From contig OX597816.1 of NCBI GenBank assembly GCA_951406725.2, positions 5,580,001-5,644,000 of the forward strand: 64,000 bases of DNA. The letters run 5' to 3'. The stretch comes from Octopus vulgaris (Eukaryota). Positions 28,011-41,143 of this stretch are shown here, in pieces. The number at the start of each line of letters is the position of its first letter. Within the stretch, counting starts at the first letter, position 1. The position numbers and the translations under genes are program-made. Below the pieces are notes generated by a model that saw only the letters and a program-made list of their open reading frames with translations, searched no databases and was not told where the DNA came from.

Positions 28011-29065
28011 CGGCATTTCTTCTAGACCTTCACTTTCCGGTTTGAAATCCCGCCAAGATCAAAAGATCACCTTTGTCTTCCACCCTTTCAGAGTAGATGA
28101 AATAAAGGGTCACTTCATTATCGGGGCCATTGTAATTGACCAAATCCCTCCCCCTAAATTTCAAACCTTGTGGTTATAGTATAAAATATTATTATGATAT
28201 AAAGATGGCAAGGTAGCAGGATTGTTAATGCATCGGACACAATCCTAAGCAGCATTTCTTTAGAATCTGTGTTCAAATCCCACCAGGTTCAGCTTTGCTT
28301 TTTACCTTTTTGAGATCGATAAAATAAATCACGTGTCATGTTCTGAAGTAAGTATATATGACCTTCCTCTCCCCTCAAAACTGCTGACTGTCAAAATTTC
28401 AATCTATTATTACTGTCGTTGCTAAAGCGGAGAGCTGGCCGAATCGTTAGCACGGCGGGCGAAATGCTTAGCGGGATTTCGTCTGCCGTTAGATTCTGAG
28501 TTCAAATTCCGCCGAGGTCGACTGTGCCTTTCATCCTTTCGGGGTCGATTAAATAAGTACCAGTTACGCACTGGGGTCGATATAATCGACATAATCCCTT
28601 TGTCTGTCCTTGTTTGTTCTCTCTCTGTGTTTAGGTTTAGCCCCTTGTGGGTAGTAAAGAAATAGAAATAAGTATTTCGCCTGCCGCTAAGTTCTGAGTT
28701 CAAATTCCGCCGAGGTCGTCTCTGTCATTTATCCTTTCGGAATCAATAGAACAAGTGCGAGTTGATTCCTGGCGTCGATGTAATGGTCTAGCCCTCTCCC
28801 ACGAAATGTCGGGTCTTGTGCCTAGAGTAGAAAGGATTATTACTGCCGTGGTTAAGGCGACGGGCTGGCACAATCGTTAGCATGCTGGGCGAAATGCGTA
28901 GCGTTATTTCGTCCGCCTTAACGTTTTGATTCAAATTCCACCTATGTCGACTTTGCTTTCATCCTTTCGGAGTCGATTAAATAGTACCAGCTATATACTG
29001 AGGTCGGTGTAATCGGCTTCATTCCCTCCCACAAGCTGCCTTTGAGGCAAAACTTTGAAATCATT
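28010..29065 (+). mobile_element. cluster of about five co-oriented family C SINEs of different ages
   Basis: Repeated TTCAAATTCCGCCGAGGTCGAC..CCTTTC core near 28045, 28272, 28500, 28699 and 28930. Confidence 0.85.
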
Positions 29066-30204
29066 ATTACTACTGTTGTGGTTGTTTCTGTTCAAAATCC
29101 TTGAATATGAGCGAATATAATTTGTAATAAATCCCTTTTAGTGTTTTTGATAAAGATTTTCTGCCTAAAGTGTTGTTGAAACCGTTTACAGTCTAAATAA
29201 TTGGTGCACTGAATTGTAATCTCCATCCACCAGTTTTAGGGAAACCTTACAAAGTAAAAACGAATTGAGTTTGTGAAAAGAGAGATGTCAAAATGTTATT
29301 GTTACATTTCATCTCTACATTAAATGAAACCATTTCAAGTGGAACGAAGTCTTTCATGTAAAATAAAACAAATTGTTATTGTGTGATTGAAATATTGACA
29401 TTTCGAGAACTACTTCAATACAAAAGTCAATATGTGAATGATATATATATGTGTTGTCATATCTCTAACTTTCATCTGCTGCTGCGGTTATTTGTTTCAG
29501 ATACAATAGAAATATCGACACAAACGACCTTCAATCCGTCAGAATTGATTTTTCCACTCACTTTCACAATTTGAAAAATTAGAGTTAAAATGAAGTTTTA
29601 ATATTTCCCGTCTGATCTGGAGTTTATTTTCTCTTCATAACTGCACAAGCTGAAATAAAGATTTAATGTAAGAAAAAGACAAATTTACTTTGAAATGCTT
29701 CAGGTTAGTATTGTAGAAAAACCAAAAATCTTAGAAATTTAAAACAATGCGAAAACAAAATACTTAAAATCAAAAAGTTTTCGATAAAGAAGACATTATG
29801 CCGGAAACTAGAACACACGCGTCTATGAAATCAATCTTCTCAAAATGAAAGAAATGATAATATAAAACACCCACTTTACATAAAACAAATTGTATAAAGA
29901 TATACACAAGTTTCAACGGAGAAACGATTAAATATCTGTAATATACAACTGTATATTATTCTGAGGTCATAACATAATCCGCTGCACTCAAATAAACTAT
30001 ATTTGAATCCAAAAGTTTTACATATGAAAACTTTGCCATAAAACTGTTCTGAATCAATAAAAATTGTATCAATGTAATTACTGATATCGGTAAAATATAC
30101 AATTTTGTATATAATTTTTGTTGGCGTTGTAAATGTAAGAAATATATTCAGGTTGGCTTATAAATAACGGTTATTTTTAATTCCTCAAAAACTATTGATA
30201 ACAT

Positions 30205-30575
30205 TGGCCTCAAATTTTGGCAGAAAGCCAGCAAGTTCGGGGCAGGGGTTCAGTTTATTTCATCGACGCCCTCAACACCAAAAGGATGAAAGGCAAAGTC
30301 GACCTCGGCGGAATTTGAAACCGGAACGTAAAAACGGACAAAATTCCGCTAAACACTTTCGCCCGGTGTCTGCTAACGATTCTGCCAGCTCGCAGCCTTA
30401 AAGCTTGATAATCTCGATTCCAAATTTTTGCTCAGCAATATAGGGGCAAGGAGTAGGTCGAAGACAGCGACCATAGTACCCAACTGGTACTTTATTTTAT
30501 CGATCCCAACAGGATGAAAGTTAAAGTTGACCTCGTCGGTATTTGAACTCGGAACGTGAAGACGGACGAAATGCA
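30205..30575 (-). mobile_element. two degenerate family C SINEs
   Basis: AGGATGAAAGGCAAAGTCGACCTCGGCGGAATTTGAA core twice. Confidence 0.8.
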
Positions 30576-30658
30576 AAAACACACACATACACACCTACCT
30601 ACCTAAATACCTACATGCATGCATAAATATAAATACATACATATATATATATACATAG

Positions 30659-30702
<44 letters not shown>

Positions 30703-30891
30703 TTAATAAGGGTGAGAGAATTAGATACTAATTTAATAGTATATCTATTCAACACCAAGTGGCCTAGTGCTCCGAGAAACCTGGATTATTATAATATTTT
30801 ATAATATATTATAATATTTTTACAAAATAAATATAAGAGATTAACTGGTGCTAGAGTGAGCCATATAGTGACCACTCTCTTATATTTATTT

Positions 30892-30924
<33 letters not shown>

Positions 30925-30959
30925 ATATATAGAGAGAGAGACAGATAGATAGATAGATG

Positions 30960-31032
<73 letters not shown>

Positions 31033-31102
31033 GTTAAATAAAATGAGACAACAAACCCAAGGCAGTGTGAAATTTCTAGGACATTTTAGAAAGAGAAAGG
31101 TA

Positions 31103-31151
31103 GTCTTAACAGCTGTTTCAGGGATATAAAAGATATCCCATCATCAGAGAC
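31103..31151 (-). ncRNA. minimal type I hammerhead motif
   Basis: GTCT-CTGATGA-T-GGGATAT-CTTTT-ATATCCC-T-GAAAC-AGCT-GTTA-AGAC; palindromic stem III; one extra base at the cleavage site. Confidence 0.7.
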
Positions 31152-31514
31152 GATATGAGAGAATGAAACAGAAGGAAACAGCAGAATTCAATAAAAGAAT
31201 TTATTTGGAAAGGGAGAGATTTAGGAACTATAAAGGGAAATATGAGAATAAAAATAAAGATATATGATAGCTGTTACATTTGCAGTTCCATTATCCAAGG
31301 AATGTGTTGTGTAGAGTGGTTAAAAAGGCTTCTTGTCTCTGGTATGTAAGTTCATATCCATTTGGAATAACAAATTATGAACTTCTATCGGAATCTACAT
31401 ACCATGGACAAGAAGCCTCTTCACCCATTCTGCACAACACATTCCTTGGATAATGGAACAGAAAGTTTAACATCCAACAGATATCTTTATTTCTATTCGT
31501 GTATTTCCCATTAT

Positions 31515-31810
31515 CACGTCACGTGATCACGTGACCGACCAGACCATCAGATGTTGTTACACATCGCTGGTCACAATGCGTTCGCATTGTTTTAGCCTTC
31601 GAATGACGCCACCCCGCTGGCTAAGCGAGCAGGCCAACAGAAGAAAGAGTGGTGAAAGAGTACAGCAGGGATCCCCACCCCCTGTCAGAGCCTCGTGGCG
31701 CTTTTAGGTGTTTTCGCTCAATAAACACTCACAACGCCCGGTTTGGGAATCGAAACTGCGATCCTACAACCACGAGTCCGCTGCCCTAACCACTGAGCCA
31801 TTGCGCCTCC
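31515..31810 (-). mobile_element. SINE with family B head and a different 3' tail
   Basis: 5' ~175 nt match 4312-4695; 13-bp TSD TATTTCCCATTAT at 31502-31514 and 31812-31824. Confidence 0.9.
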
Positions 31811-31903
31811 ATATTTCCCATTATACTTCCTGCATTTGTCCCTTTCCAAAACAACTTCTTATATTGATCTCTGCTATTTCCTTCTACTTAGCTCTCTCAT
31901 GTC

Positions 31904-31951
31904 GTCTCTGATGATAGGATATCCATTATAACCCTGAAACAGCTGTAAGAT
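31904..31951 (+). ncRNA. minimal type I hammerhead motif (duplicated at 36418-36465)
   Basis: GTCT-CTGATGA-[TAGGATATCCATTATAACCCT]-GAAAC-AGCT-GTA-AGAT; stem II partly mismatched. Confidence 0.7.
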
Positions 31952-32363
31952 TACCCTTCTCCTTATAAAATACTCTAGAAATTTCACAATGTCTGGACAT
32001 ATCCTGTTTCTCTCTTCTATCTTTTCTCTTGTCAAAGAAAATATTTCTCCAGCGTTCACTATTTTACACTCGTTCTGGTCTAACTACTCTCCATGTTTGT
32101 TTTCGCTCTGCTTCCTTGTATGTCTCCACTGTCCTGTTTTTGTTCCCAACTTTGACCCTCCATAAATCCCAAATTTTATTTTGGTACTTATGGGAGCAAC
32201 TGTCTTCGAAGACTCATAGTGTCATTCACTGCTCGAAATGAGTAGACAGCCGACAACTGATGAAGGGTCGTTCTTTATGTTACTTGTCCTGTTTTCCATT
32301 CGTTTCTCTCGTTGTTTGCGTATTGAACTCATGTTTTCGTATTTCATGTTGTTTACTGTTGGT

Positions 32364-32735
32364 ATAAGAGATACAGAGTAGAGGTTCAAATCAGCCAGTC
32401 TACGATTGATACATACACATACGATTTAATTATGATAGATTTGTCCAATCTAAAACATATTTTAATACATTCGGTATATAAAGACAGAAATATAATAACA
32501 TTCGAATGCTAAAATATGCAATATTCTTTCTATATTTCATTATATTTATCTGTATACTCTCTTTTGTTTATATATCTATGTATTTATATGGCCATGCATA
32601 TTTTTAGCATTCATATATAATTTTATATTTCTATATTTTTATATTCCGAATGCATTAATATATGTTTTAGATTGGACAACTTTATAATAATTAAATCCAA
32701 TATATGTATGTATCAACCGTAGTCTGCCTGTATCT

Positions 32736-32740
<5 letters not shown>
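32364..32740. mobile_element. AT-rich foldback/MITE-like element (copy at 36878-37252)
   Basis: Ends ATAAGAGATACAG and CTGTATCTCTTAT; internal arms TTGTCCAATCTAAAACATAT and ATATGTTTTAGATTGGACAA. Confidence 0.75.
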
Positions 32741-32797
<57 letters not shown>

Positions 32798-33364
32798 TTA
32801 AATGAGAAAAAAAGTCAAATTGCCATTGCTATTCTTTCCGTAAATGGGCAATCCATAAACAACAAATGATATGCAATTCATACAATGTTATGCAATACAT
32901 ACGATATATATATGGATATATATGATACAAGTCTATTGTCCATTCATTGAATATTGTGAAACGGCCAAATAATGTCATCTGGAGATTCATTTGGACGACT
33001 GTACCTGAAAATCATGACACCTGGGTAAGCGAATGGTCCATGGAATTGTAATGTCAATTTGACAGCAGCTCTCCACATTGAAATAATTACTTTTATTATT
33101 CACTCTGCGGGGCTTTTAGGCCAGTTGGATCTTACCTTGGAGGTTTGCAGTGATGCCATTTATATCAATCGATGTCATACAAATCGCTATTTGATGTTGT
33201 AATCTTCGCTAGCCAGAATTCCGCATGATGTGCTAATGAAGTGAGAATTAAGAACATAATTATCCTAAATGGAGACGAGAACCAAGATTCCATGTTGTAC
33301 GCTTGAACAACAATAGTATTGTTGTAAAGACACCATTGGTAGTCTTATTAACACAAAAATAATG

Positions 33365-33420
<56 letters not shown>

Positions 33421-33704
33421 TAACAATTTTTGGCGTAATAAGATAAAAAACCAAAACAGATCTAATATCTACACAGCCTTGGTTTTTTATCTTATTACGC
33501 AAAAAATTCTTATATACACACGCTGACATAGAACCAACATTGAACCCCTTATTCGCAAAAATACCGAATCTGGAACTTAACTATGGTCTGTCTATAGCAC
33601 TTATTCTGCATTACCTGACACCTTTGGGTCTCAATGACACCATTATCTTCTTATATATATATGTATATATATATACAAACCTGACGATTCCTCCTTAACA
33701 CATC

Positions 33705-34190
33705 TTTCAGATACAAAAACACACACACATACATACACACTCTCACAAGACAATGATAAAAAGGAAATACAAACAATTTATTGAAAAGTGACATTTTGCC
33801 CCCCTTGGAGAAAACAGCTGGATTTACAATCACTATAAGCCAAGAATTATTATTGACAAACCTAGCAACTGCAAGGATATCAACATAATTTCTCTCCTTC
33901 TTCCTCCTTTCCCTCTTTTTCTTTAATACCCCTGTTAGATACAAAAACAGACACATACACGCACACACACACACACACTCTCTCTCTCTCTTTCTCTTTC
34001 TCACTAGACAATGATAAAAAAGAAATCCAGACAATTTTTTGAAAAGTGACATTTTGCCCCATCCTTGGAGTAAACAGCCTGACCAGCTACAAAGAGATCA
34101 ACAAAACAATTTTTTCTTCTTTCTCTCCCTTTTCTTCCTTTCCTTCTTTTTCTTTAACACAACTTTCGGATACAAAAACACACACACACA
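33705..34190. repeat. ~230-bp degenerate tandem repeat, about two copies plus a partial third (also 38180-38675)
   Basis: GATACAAAAAC at ~33710, 33938 and 34169; AGACAATGATAAAAA..TTGAAAAGTGACATTTTGCCCC twice. Confidence 0.8.
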
Positions 34191-34496
34191 CATGCACACA
34201 CACACACACATGCACACACACATATACACACACCCATTCATCACCCTTTTGTACTATCTTATATCCCTCCCCACCACTACACACTCAATAACACAATACA
34301 TATAGTCAAAGTTTCCCCAGAACTCCACTAGAATGGACAAAAACGCTAATATATGATATATGATATACGATGGATGATATATGATGTACAAAAACATGTA
34401 ATAAACAAATAAATATCTGTAAATATAAAACCATCCGAATTTCTGATTACCTCATTTCTTCTAATATATACAAATATATATATATATATGAATGAC

Positions 34497-34562
<66 letters not shown>

Positions 34563-35202
34563 TATATATGACATCTATAGAATTCTACCCATTACATATT
34601 TGTTAACCAGAAACTAAAGTAGGAAATATATTCCTGTTGTGAAGGTGCCGATCATCGGGCGAAACCGAAATCCGGTAGCTATGAATTGTTCACTGCAAGC
34701 ACGCGCACACATACGCGTGCACATACGCATACGCACGCGCACATACACACAAGCACACGCACATGCACGAACACAGACACACGCGCGCACACACGATCAA
34801 ATCAATTACCAAACGGTTACATACATAAACCAACGTGTATGAAAAGACGTCAGATACATTGTTCTCCTACGAAGCCATTTTGAAGAACTGCAGTGTTCTG
34901 TCGCAAGATACTATCTCGCAGCCGATATCAAGAATGACTTTAGCATTCAGCAACAGTATCCAGCAACCGGTCTGGAATATTAATGAGAAAATGTTGTATG
35001 ATATAAGACACTATACATCAACAGTATAAGCCATAACAGACAGACATTTTCCAAGCGGTAGAATTTTTACAGGCTATTGAACTTTTTTAAAGATTTTATC
35101 TTTTAAGGTGAGCGACGGCAGCATAAATATTATGTCTAATGACTTTAAAAGCCATCATGTAAAAATTGTGGAAATAATTTACAAAGAAGTACGTCAATAA
35201 GA

Positions 35203-35598
35203 TGTTACGAAATCACAGCTTTCCTCCAAAGAGTGAATTCTCAGACTGTATTGTGTACCAAAATATGGTCCCCATGAGCTGCACATGCATAAGAACCGTA
35301 GAACGTACGGAGCAGTCCTTTGGATGTGGCCAGTTTAAAAACATACTAGTTTGGACTAATTCTAAGACATGGAGTAACGTAGCTCCTCGACAAAAACTCG
35401 AGCCGGTTTCCACTTGCCGAGACTCATGCAAGCTCTTGGAAACCTGATCGGGAGATAACCGAGAAATTACACGTCCTAAACACCAAGTTAGAACTAACCA
35501 CATTTACAACTTAGTACAGATGTTTACGACCGACAAAGAGACCGAATGGAGACGCGGTTCGGGATGACAGACAACCCTATACAACTCCGACATTAACA
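35203..35598. mobile_element. possible solo LTR (copy at 39671-40067)
   Basis: ~396-bp higher-GC island bounded by TGTTA...TAACA; no clear TSD. Confidence 0.35.
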
Positions 35599-35806
35599 TA
35601 CAGAATCAATGAACTTGCATTCACCACTTTCACGTATTCACAAATTTGTACAGCCATAGCATAGAGGAATTTCGATTATCCCCACGTGGTGAGTTGTAAT
35701 GTATATAACATTAAAAAAGGAATATACGCACACTTACATAGTTTTAATATAACTTTTTATATATCGACCGGTTTCGCTATCGCTATTCATGATATAAGGA
35801 TATATA

Positions 35807-35873
<67 letters not shown>

Positions 35874-37845
35874 ATCAGATATATTCAATGAGAACAGGGT
35901 ATACGGAATTTCTGATAAGTGCTCTTCGTAGGGAAATGTCTAAAACCTTAAATGTATTTGGACATTTGATAAGAGAGATTATATATTATAAAGAGCAGGA
36001 AAAATTACATTAAAAATCATGACAGAAGATATACGTCCAAAATAATATTGTATTAATAGATAGACATATAAATATTTAAAGTATGATTACTTAAGAAGTT
36101 TAAACTATTGAAATAATCATACCTTATATATTTATATATATATATATATAATTAATCAATATAGGGTGGCAAAAAAAAATTTTGTAGAATTCTTTTGCCA
36201 CCAGCGGCCTAGTGGGAAAGAATTAAATAGTCATAAACCATTTTTAAGTTCAACATCACAATCAAGGAACGGCCATAATAGGCCATTCACCCACTAGAAA
36301 TAACAGCCAAAAAGCTTTAACCGCATATTTCCCATTATACTTCCTGCATTTGTCCCTTTCCAAAACATCTTCTTATATTGATCTCTGCTATTTCCTTCTA
36401 CTTAACTCTCTCATGTCGTCTCTGATGATAGGATATCCATTATAACCCTGAAACAGCTGTAAGATTACCCTTCTCCTTATAAAATCCTCTAGAAATTTCA
36501 CAATGTCTGGACGTATCCTGTTTCTCTCTTCTATTTTTTCTCTTGTCAAAGAAAATATTTCTCCAGCGTTCACTATTTTACACTCGTTCTGGTCTAACTA
36601 CTCTCCATGTTTGTTTTCGCTCTGCTTCCTTGTATGTCTCCACTGTCCTGTTTTTGTTCCCAACTTTGACCCTCCATAAATCCCAAATTTTATTTTGGTA
36701 TTCATGGGAGCAACTGTCTTCGAAGACTCATATTGTCATTCACTGCTCGAAATGAGTAGACAGCCGACAACTGATGAAGGGTCGTTCTTTATGTTACTTG
36801 TCCTGTTTTCCATTTGTTTCTCTCGTTGTTTGCGTATTGAACTCATGTTTTCGTATTTCATGTTGTTTACTGTTGGTATAAGAGATACAGAGTAGAGGTT
36901 CAAATCAGCCAGTCTACGATTGATACATACACATACGATTTAATTATGATAGATTTGTCCAATCTAAAACATATTTTAATACATTCGGTATATAAAGACA
37001 GAAATATAATAACATTCGAATGCTAAAATATGCAATATTCTTTCTATATTTCATTATATTTATCTGTATACTCTCTTTTGTTTATATATCTATGTATTTA
37101 TATGGCCATGCATATTTTTAGCATTCATATATAATTTTATATTTCTATATTTTTATATTCCGAATGCATTAATATATGTTTTAGATTGGACAACTTTATA
37201 ATAATTAAATCCATATATGTATGTATCAACCGTAGTCTGCCTGTATCTCTTATATATATATATATATAGTGATAATTTAAATGAGAAAAAAAGTCAAATT
37301 GCCATTGCTATTCTTTCCGTAAATGGGCAATCCATAAACAACAAATGATATGCAATTCATACAATGTTATGCAATACATACGATATATATATGGATATAT
37401 ATATGATACAAGTCTATTGTCCATTCATTGAATATTGTGAAACGGCCAAATAATGTCATCTGGAGATTCATTTGGACGACTGTACCTGAAAATCATGACA
37501 CCTGGGTAAGCGAATGGTCCATGGAATTGTAATGTCAATTTGACAGCAGCTCTCCACATTGAAATAATTACTTTTATTATTCACTCTGCGGGGCTTTTAG
37601 GCCAGTTGGATCTTACCTTGGAGGTTTGCAGTGATGCCATTTATATCAATCGATGTCATACAAATCGCTATTTGATGTTGTAATCTTCGCTAGCCAGAAT
37701 TCCGCATGATGTGCTAATGAAGTGAGAATTAAGAACATAATTATCCTAAATGGAGACGAGAACCAAGATTCCATGTTGTACGCTTGAACAACAATAGTAT
37801 TGTTGTAAAGACACCATTGGTAGTCTTATTAACACAAAAATAATG

Positions 37846-37896
<51 letters not shown>

Positions 37897-38981
37897 CAAT
37901 TTTTGGCGTAATAAGATAAAAAACCAAAACAGTTCTAATATCTACACAGCCTTGGTTTTTTATCTTATTACGCAAAAAATTCTTATATACACACGCTGAC
38001 ATAGAACCAACATTGAACCCCTTATTCGCAAAAATACCGAATCTGGAACTTAACTATGGTCTGTCTATAGCACTTATTCTGCATTATCTGACACCTTTGG
38101 GTCTCAATGACACCATTATCTTCTTATATATATATGTATATATATATACAAACCTGACGATTCCTCCTTAATACATCTTTCAGATACAAAAACACACACA
38201 CATACATACACACTCTCACAAGACAATGATAAAAAGGAAATACAAACAATTTATTGAAAAGTTACATTTTGCCCCCCTTGGAGAAAACAGATGGATTTAC
38301 AATCACTATAAGCCAAGAATTATTATTGACAAACCTTGCAACTGCAAGGATATCAACATAATTTCTCTCCTTCTTCCTCCTTTCCCTCTTTTTCTTTAAT
38401 ACCCCTGTTAGATACAAAAACAGACACATACTCGCACACACATACTCGCACACACACACACACTCTCTCTCTCTCTTTCTCTTTCTCACTAGACAATGAT
38501 AAAAAAGAAATCCAGACAATTTTTTGAAAAGTGACATTTTGCCCCATCCTTGGAGTAAACAGCCTGACCAGCTACAAAGAGATCAACAAAACAATTTTTT
38601 CTTCTTTCTCTCCCTTTTCTTCCTTTCCTTCTTTTTCTTTAACACAACTTTCGGATACAAAAACACACACACACACATGCACACACACACACACATGCAC
38701 ACACACATATACACACACCCATTCATCACCCTTTTGTACTATCTTATATCCCTCCCCACCACTACACACTCAATAACACAATACATATAGTCAAAGTTTC
38801 CCCAGAACTCCACTAGAATGGACAAAAACGCTAATATATGATATATGATATACGATGGATGATATATGATGTACAAAAACATGTAATAAACAAATAAATA
38901 TCTGTAAATATAAAACCATCCGAATTTCTGATTACCTCATTTCTTCTAATATATACAAATATATATATATATATGAATGAC

Positions 38982-39039
<58 letters not shown>

Positions 39040-40275
39040 CATCTATAGAATTCTACCCATTACATATTTGTTAACCAGAAACTAAAGTAGGAAATATATA
39101 CCTGTTGTGAAGGTGCCGATCATCGGGCGAAACCGAAATCCGGTAGCTATGAATTGTTCACTGCAAGCACGCGCACACATACGCGTGCACATACGCATAC
39201 GCACGCGCACATACACACAAGCACACGCACATGCACGAACACAGACACACGCGCGCACACACGATCAAATCAATTACCAAACGGTTACATACATAAACCA
39301 ACGTGTATGAAAAGACGTCAGATACATTGTTCTCCTACGAAGCCATTTTGAAGAACTGCAGTGTTCTGTCGCAAGATACTATCTCGCAGCCGATATCAAG
39401 AATGACTTTAGCATTCAGCAACAGTATCCAGCAACCGGTCTGGAATATTAATGAGAAAATGTTGTATGATATAAGACACTATACATCAACAGTATAAGCC
39501 ATAACAGACAGACATTTTCCAAGCGGTAGAATTTTTACAGGCTATTGAACTTTTTTAAAGATTTTATCTTTTAAGGTGAGCGACGGCAGCATAAATATTA
39601 TGTCTAATGACTTTAAAAGCCATCATGTAAAAATTGTGGAAATAATTTACAAAGAAGTACGTCAATAAGATGTTACGAAATCACAGCTTTCCTCCAAAGA
39701 GTGAATTCTCAGACTGTATTGTGTACCAAAATATGGTCCCCATGAGCAGCACATGCATAAGAACCGTAGAACGTACGGAGCAGGCCTTTGGATGTGGCCA
39801 GTTTAAAAACATACTAGTTTGGACTAACTCTGGAACATGGAGTAATGTAGCTCCTCGACAAAACCTCGAGCCGGTTTCCAATTGCCGAGAGACATGCAAG
39901 CTCTTGGAAACCTGATCGGGAGATAACCGAGACTTTACACGTCCTAAACACCAAGTTAGAACTAACCACATTTACAACTTAGTACAGATGTTTACGACCG
40001 ACAAAGAGACCGAATTGGAGACGCGGTTTGGGATGACAGACAACCCTATACAACTCCGACATTAACATACAGAATCAATGAACTTGCATTCACCACTTTC
40101 ACGTATTCACAAATTTGTACAGCCATAGCATAGAGGAATTTCGATTATCCACACGTGGTGAGTTGTAATGTATATAACATTAAAAAAGGAATATACGCAC
40201 ACTTACATAGTTTTAATATAATTTTTTATATATCGACCGGTTTCGCTATCGCTATTCATGATATAAGGATATATA

Positions 40276-40325
<50 letters not shown>

Positions 40326-40582
40326 TATATATATTTAATCAGATATATTCAATGAGAACAGGGTATACGGAATTTCTGATAAGTGCTCTTCGTAGGGAAA
40401 TGTCTAAAACCTTAAATGTATTTGGACATTTGATAAGAGAGATTATATATTATAAAGAGCAGGAAAAATTACATTAAAAATCATGACAGAAGATATACGT
40501 CCAAAATAATATTGTATTAATAGATAGACATATAAATATTTAAAGTATGATTACTTAAGAAGTTTAAACTATTGAAATAATC

Positions 40583-40629
<47 letters not shown>

Positions 40630-40966
40630 TTGGACGTATATCTTCTCTGATGACTATTTAATGTAATTTTTCCTGCTCTTACATTATATATATATATATG
40701 TGTGTGTGTGTGTATGTATGTATGTATACATATATACATACATACACACATACATACATACATACATACATAATACATACATACATACACATAAATACAT
40801 ACATATATACATATACACATATGTATATGTATGTATGAATGTTTATATATATATTGATTTATATATACACAGATAGATATAAATTTATATAAATAAGGAT
40901 AAGATCGTTTTTTTAAATACCGATCATCGATAGATAGATAGATAGATAGATAGGCACATACATACA

Positions 40967-40997
<31 letters not shown>

Positions 40998-41111
40998 CCA
41001 TACATACACACGCACGGCAAATGCGCTTTGATTAAATCGATTATTACCTCAAATGACCAAAGAAATTAATGCCGGATATATTTTCTCCAGACAATCACTC
41101 ATATTCTATTC

Positions 41112-41143
<32 letters not shown>

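Larger units (their letters stand above)
31060..31995. mobile_element. large imperfect palindrome (Penelope-like inverted termini) with a hammerhead in each arm, interrupted by a SINE
   Basis: 31060-31350 is inverted relative to 31390-31514 plus 31811-31995; hammerheads at 31103-31151 (-) and 31904-31951 (+). Confidence 0.8.
31811..40590 (+). repeat. tandem segmental duplication of ~4.3 kb (31811-36129 and 36325-40590)
   Basis: Near-identical sequence and identical ORF translations at an offset of ~4470-4515 bp; differences are mostly microsatellite length. Confidence 0.97.

Noticed and set aside
34865-34972. Minus-strand exon candidate encoding KVILDIGCE (methyltransferase motif I-like)
   Set aside because: Key Gly missing, in-frame stop soon after, no other supporting exons
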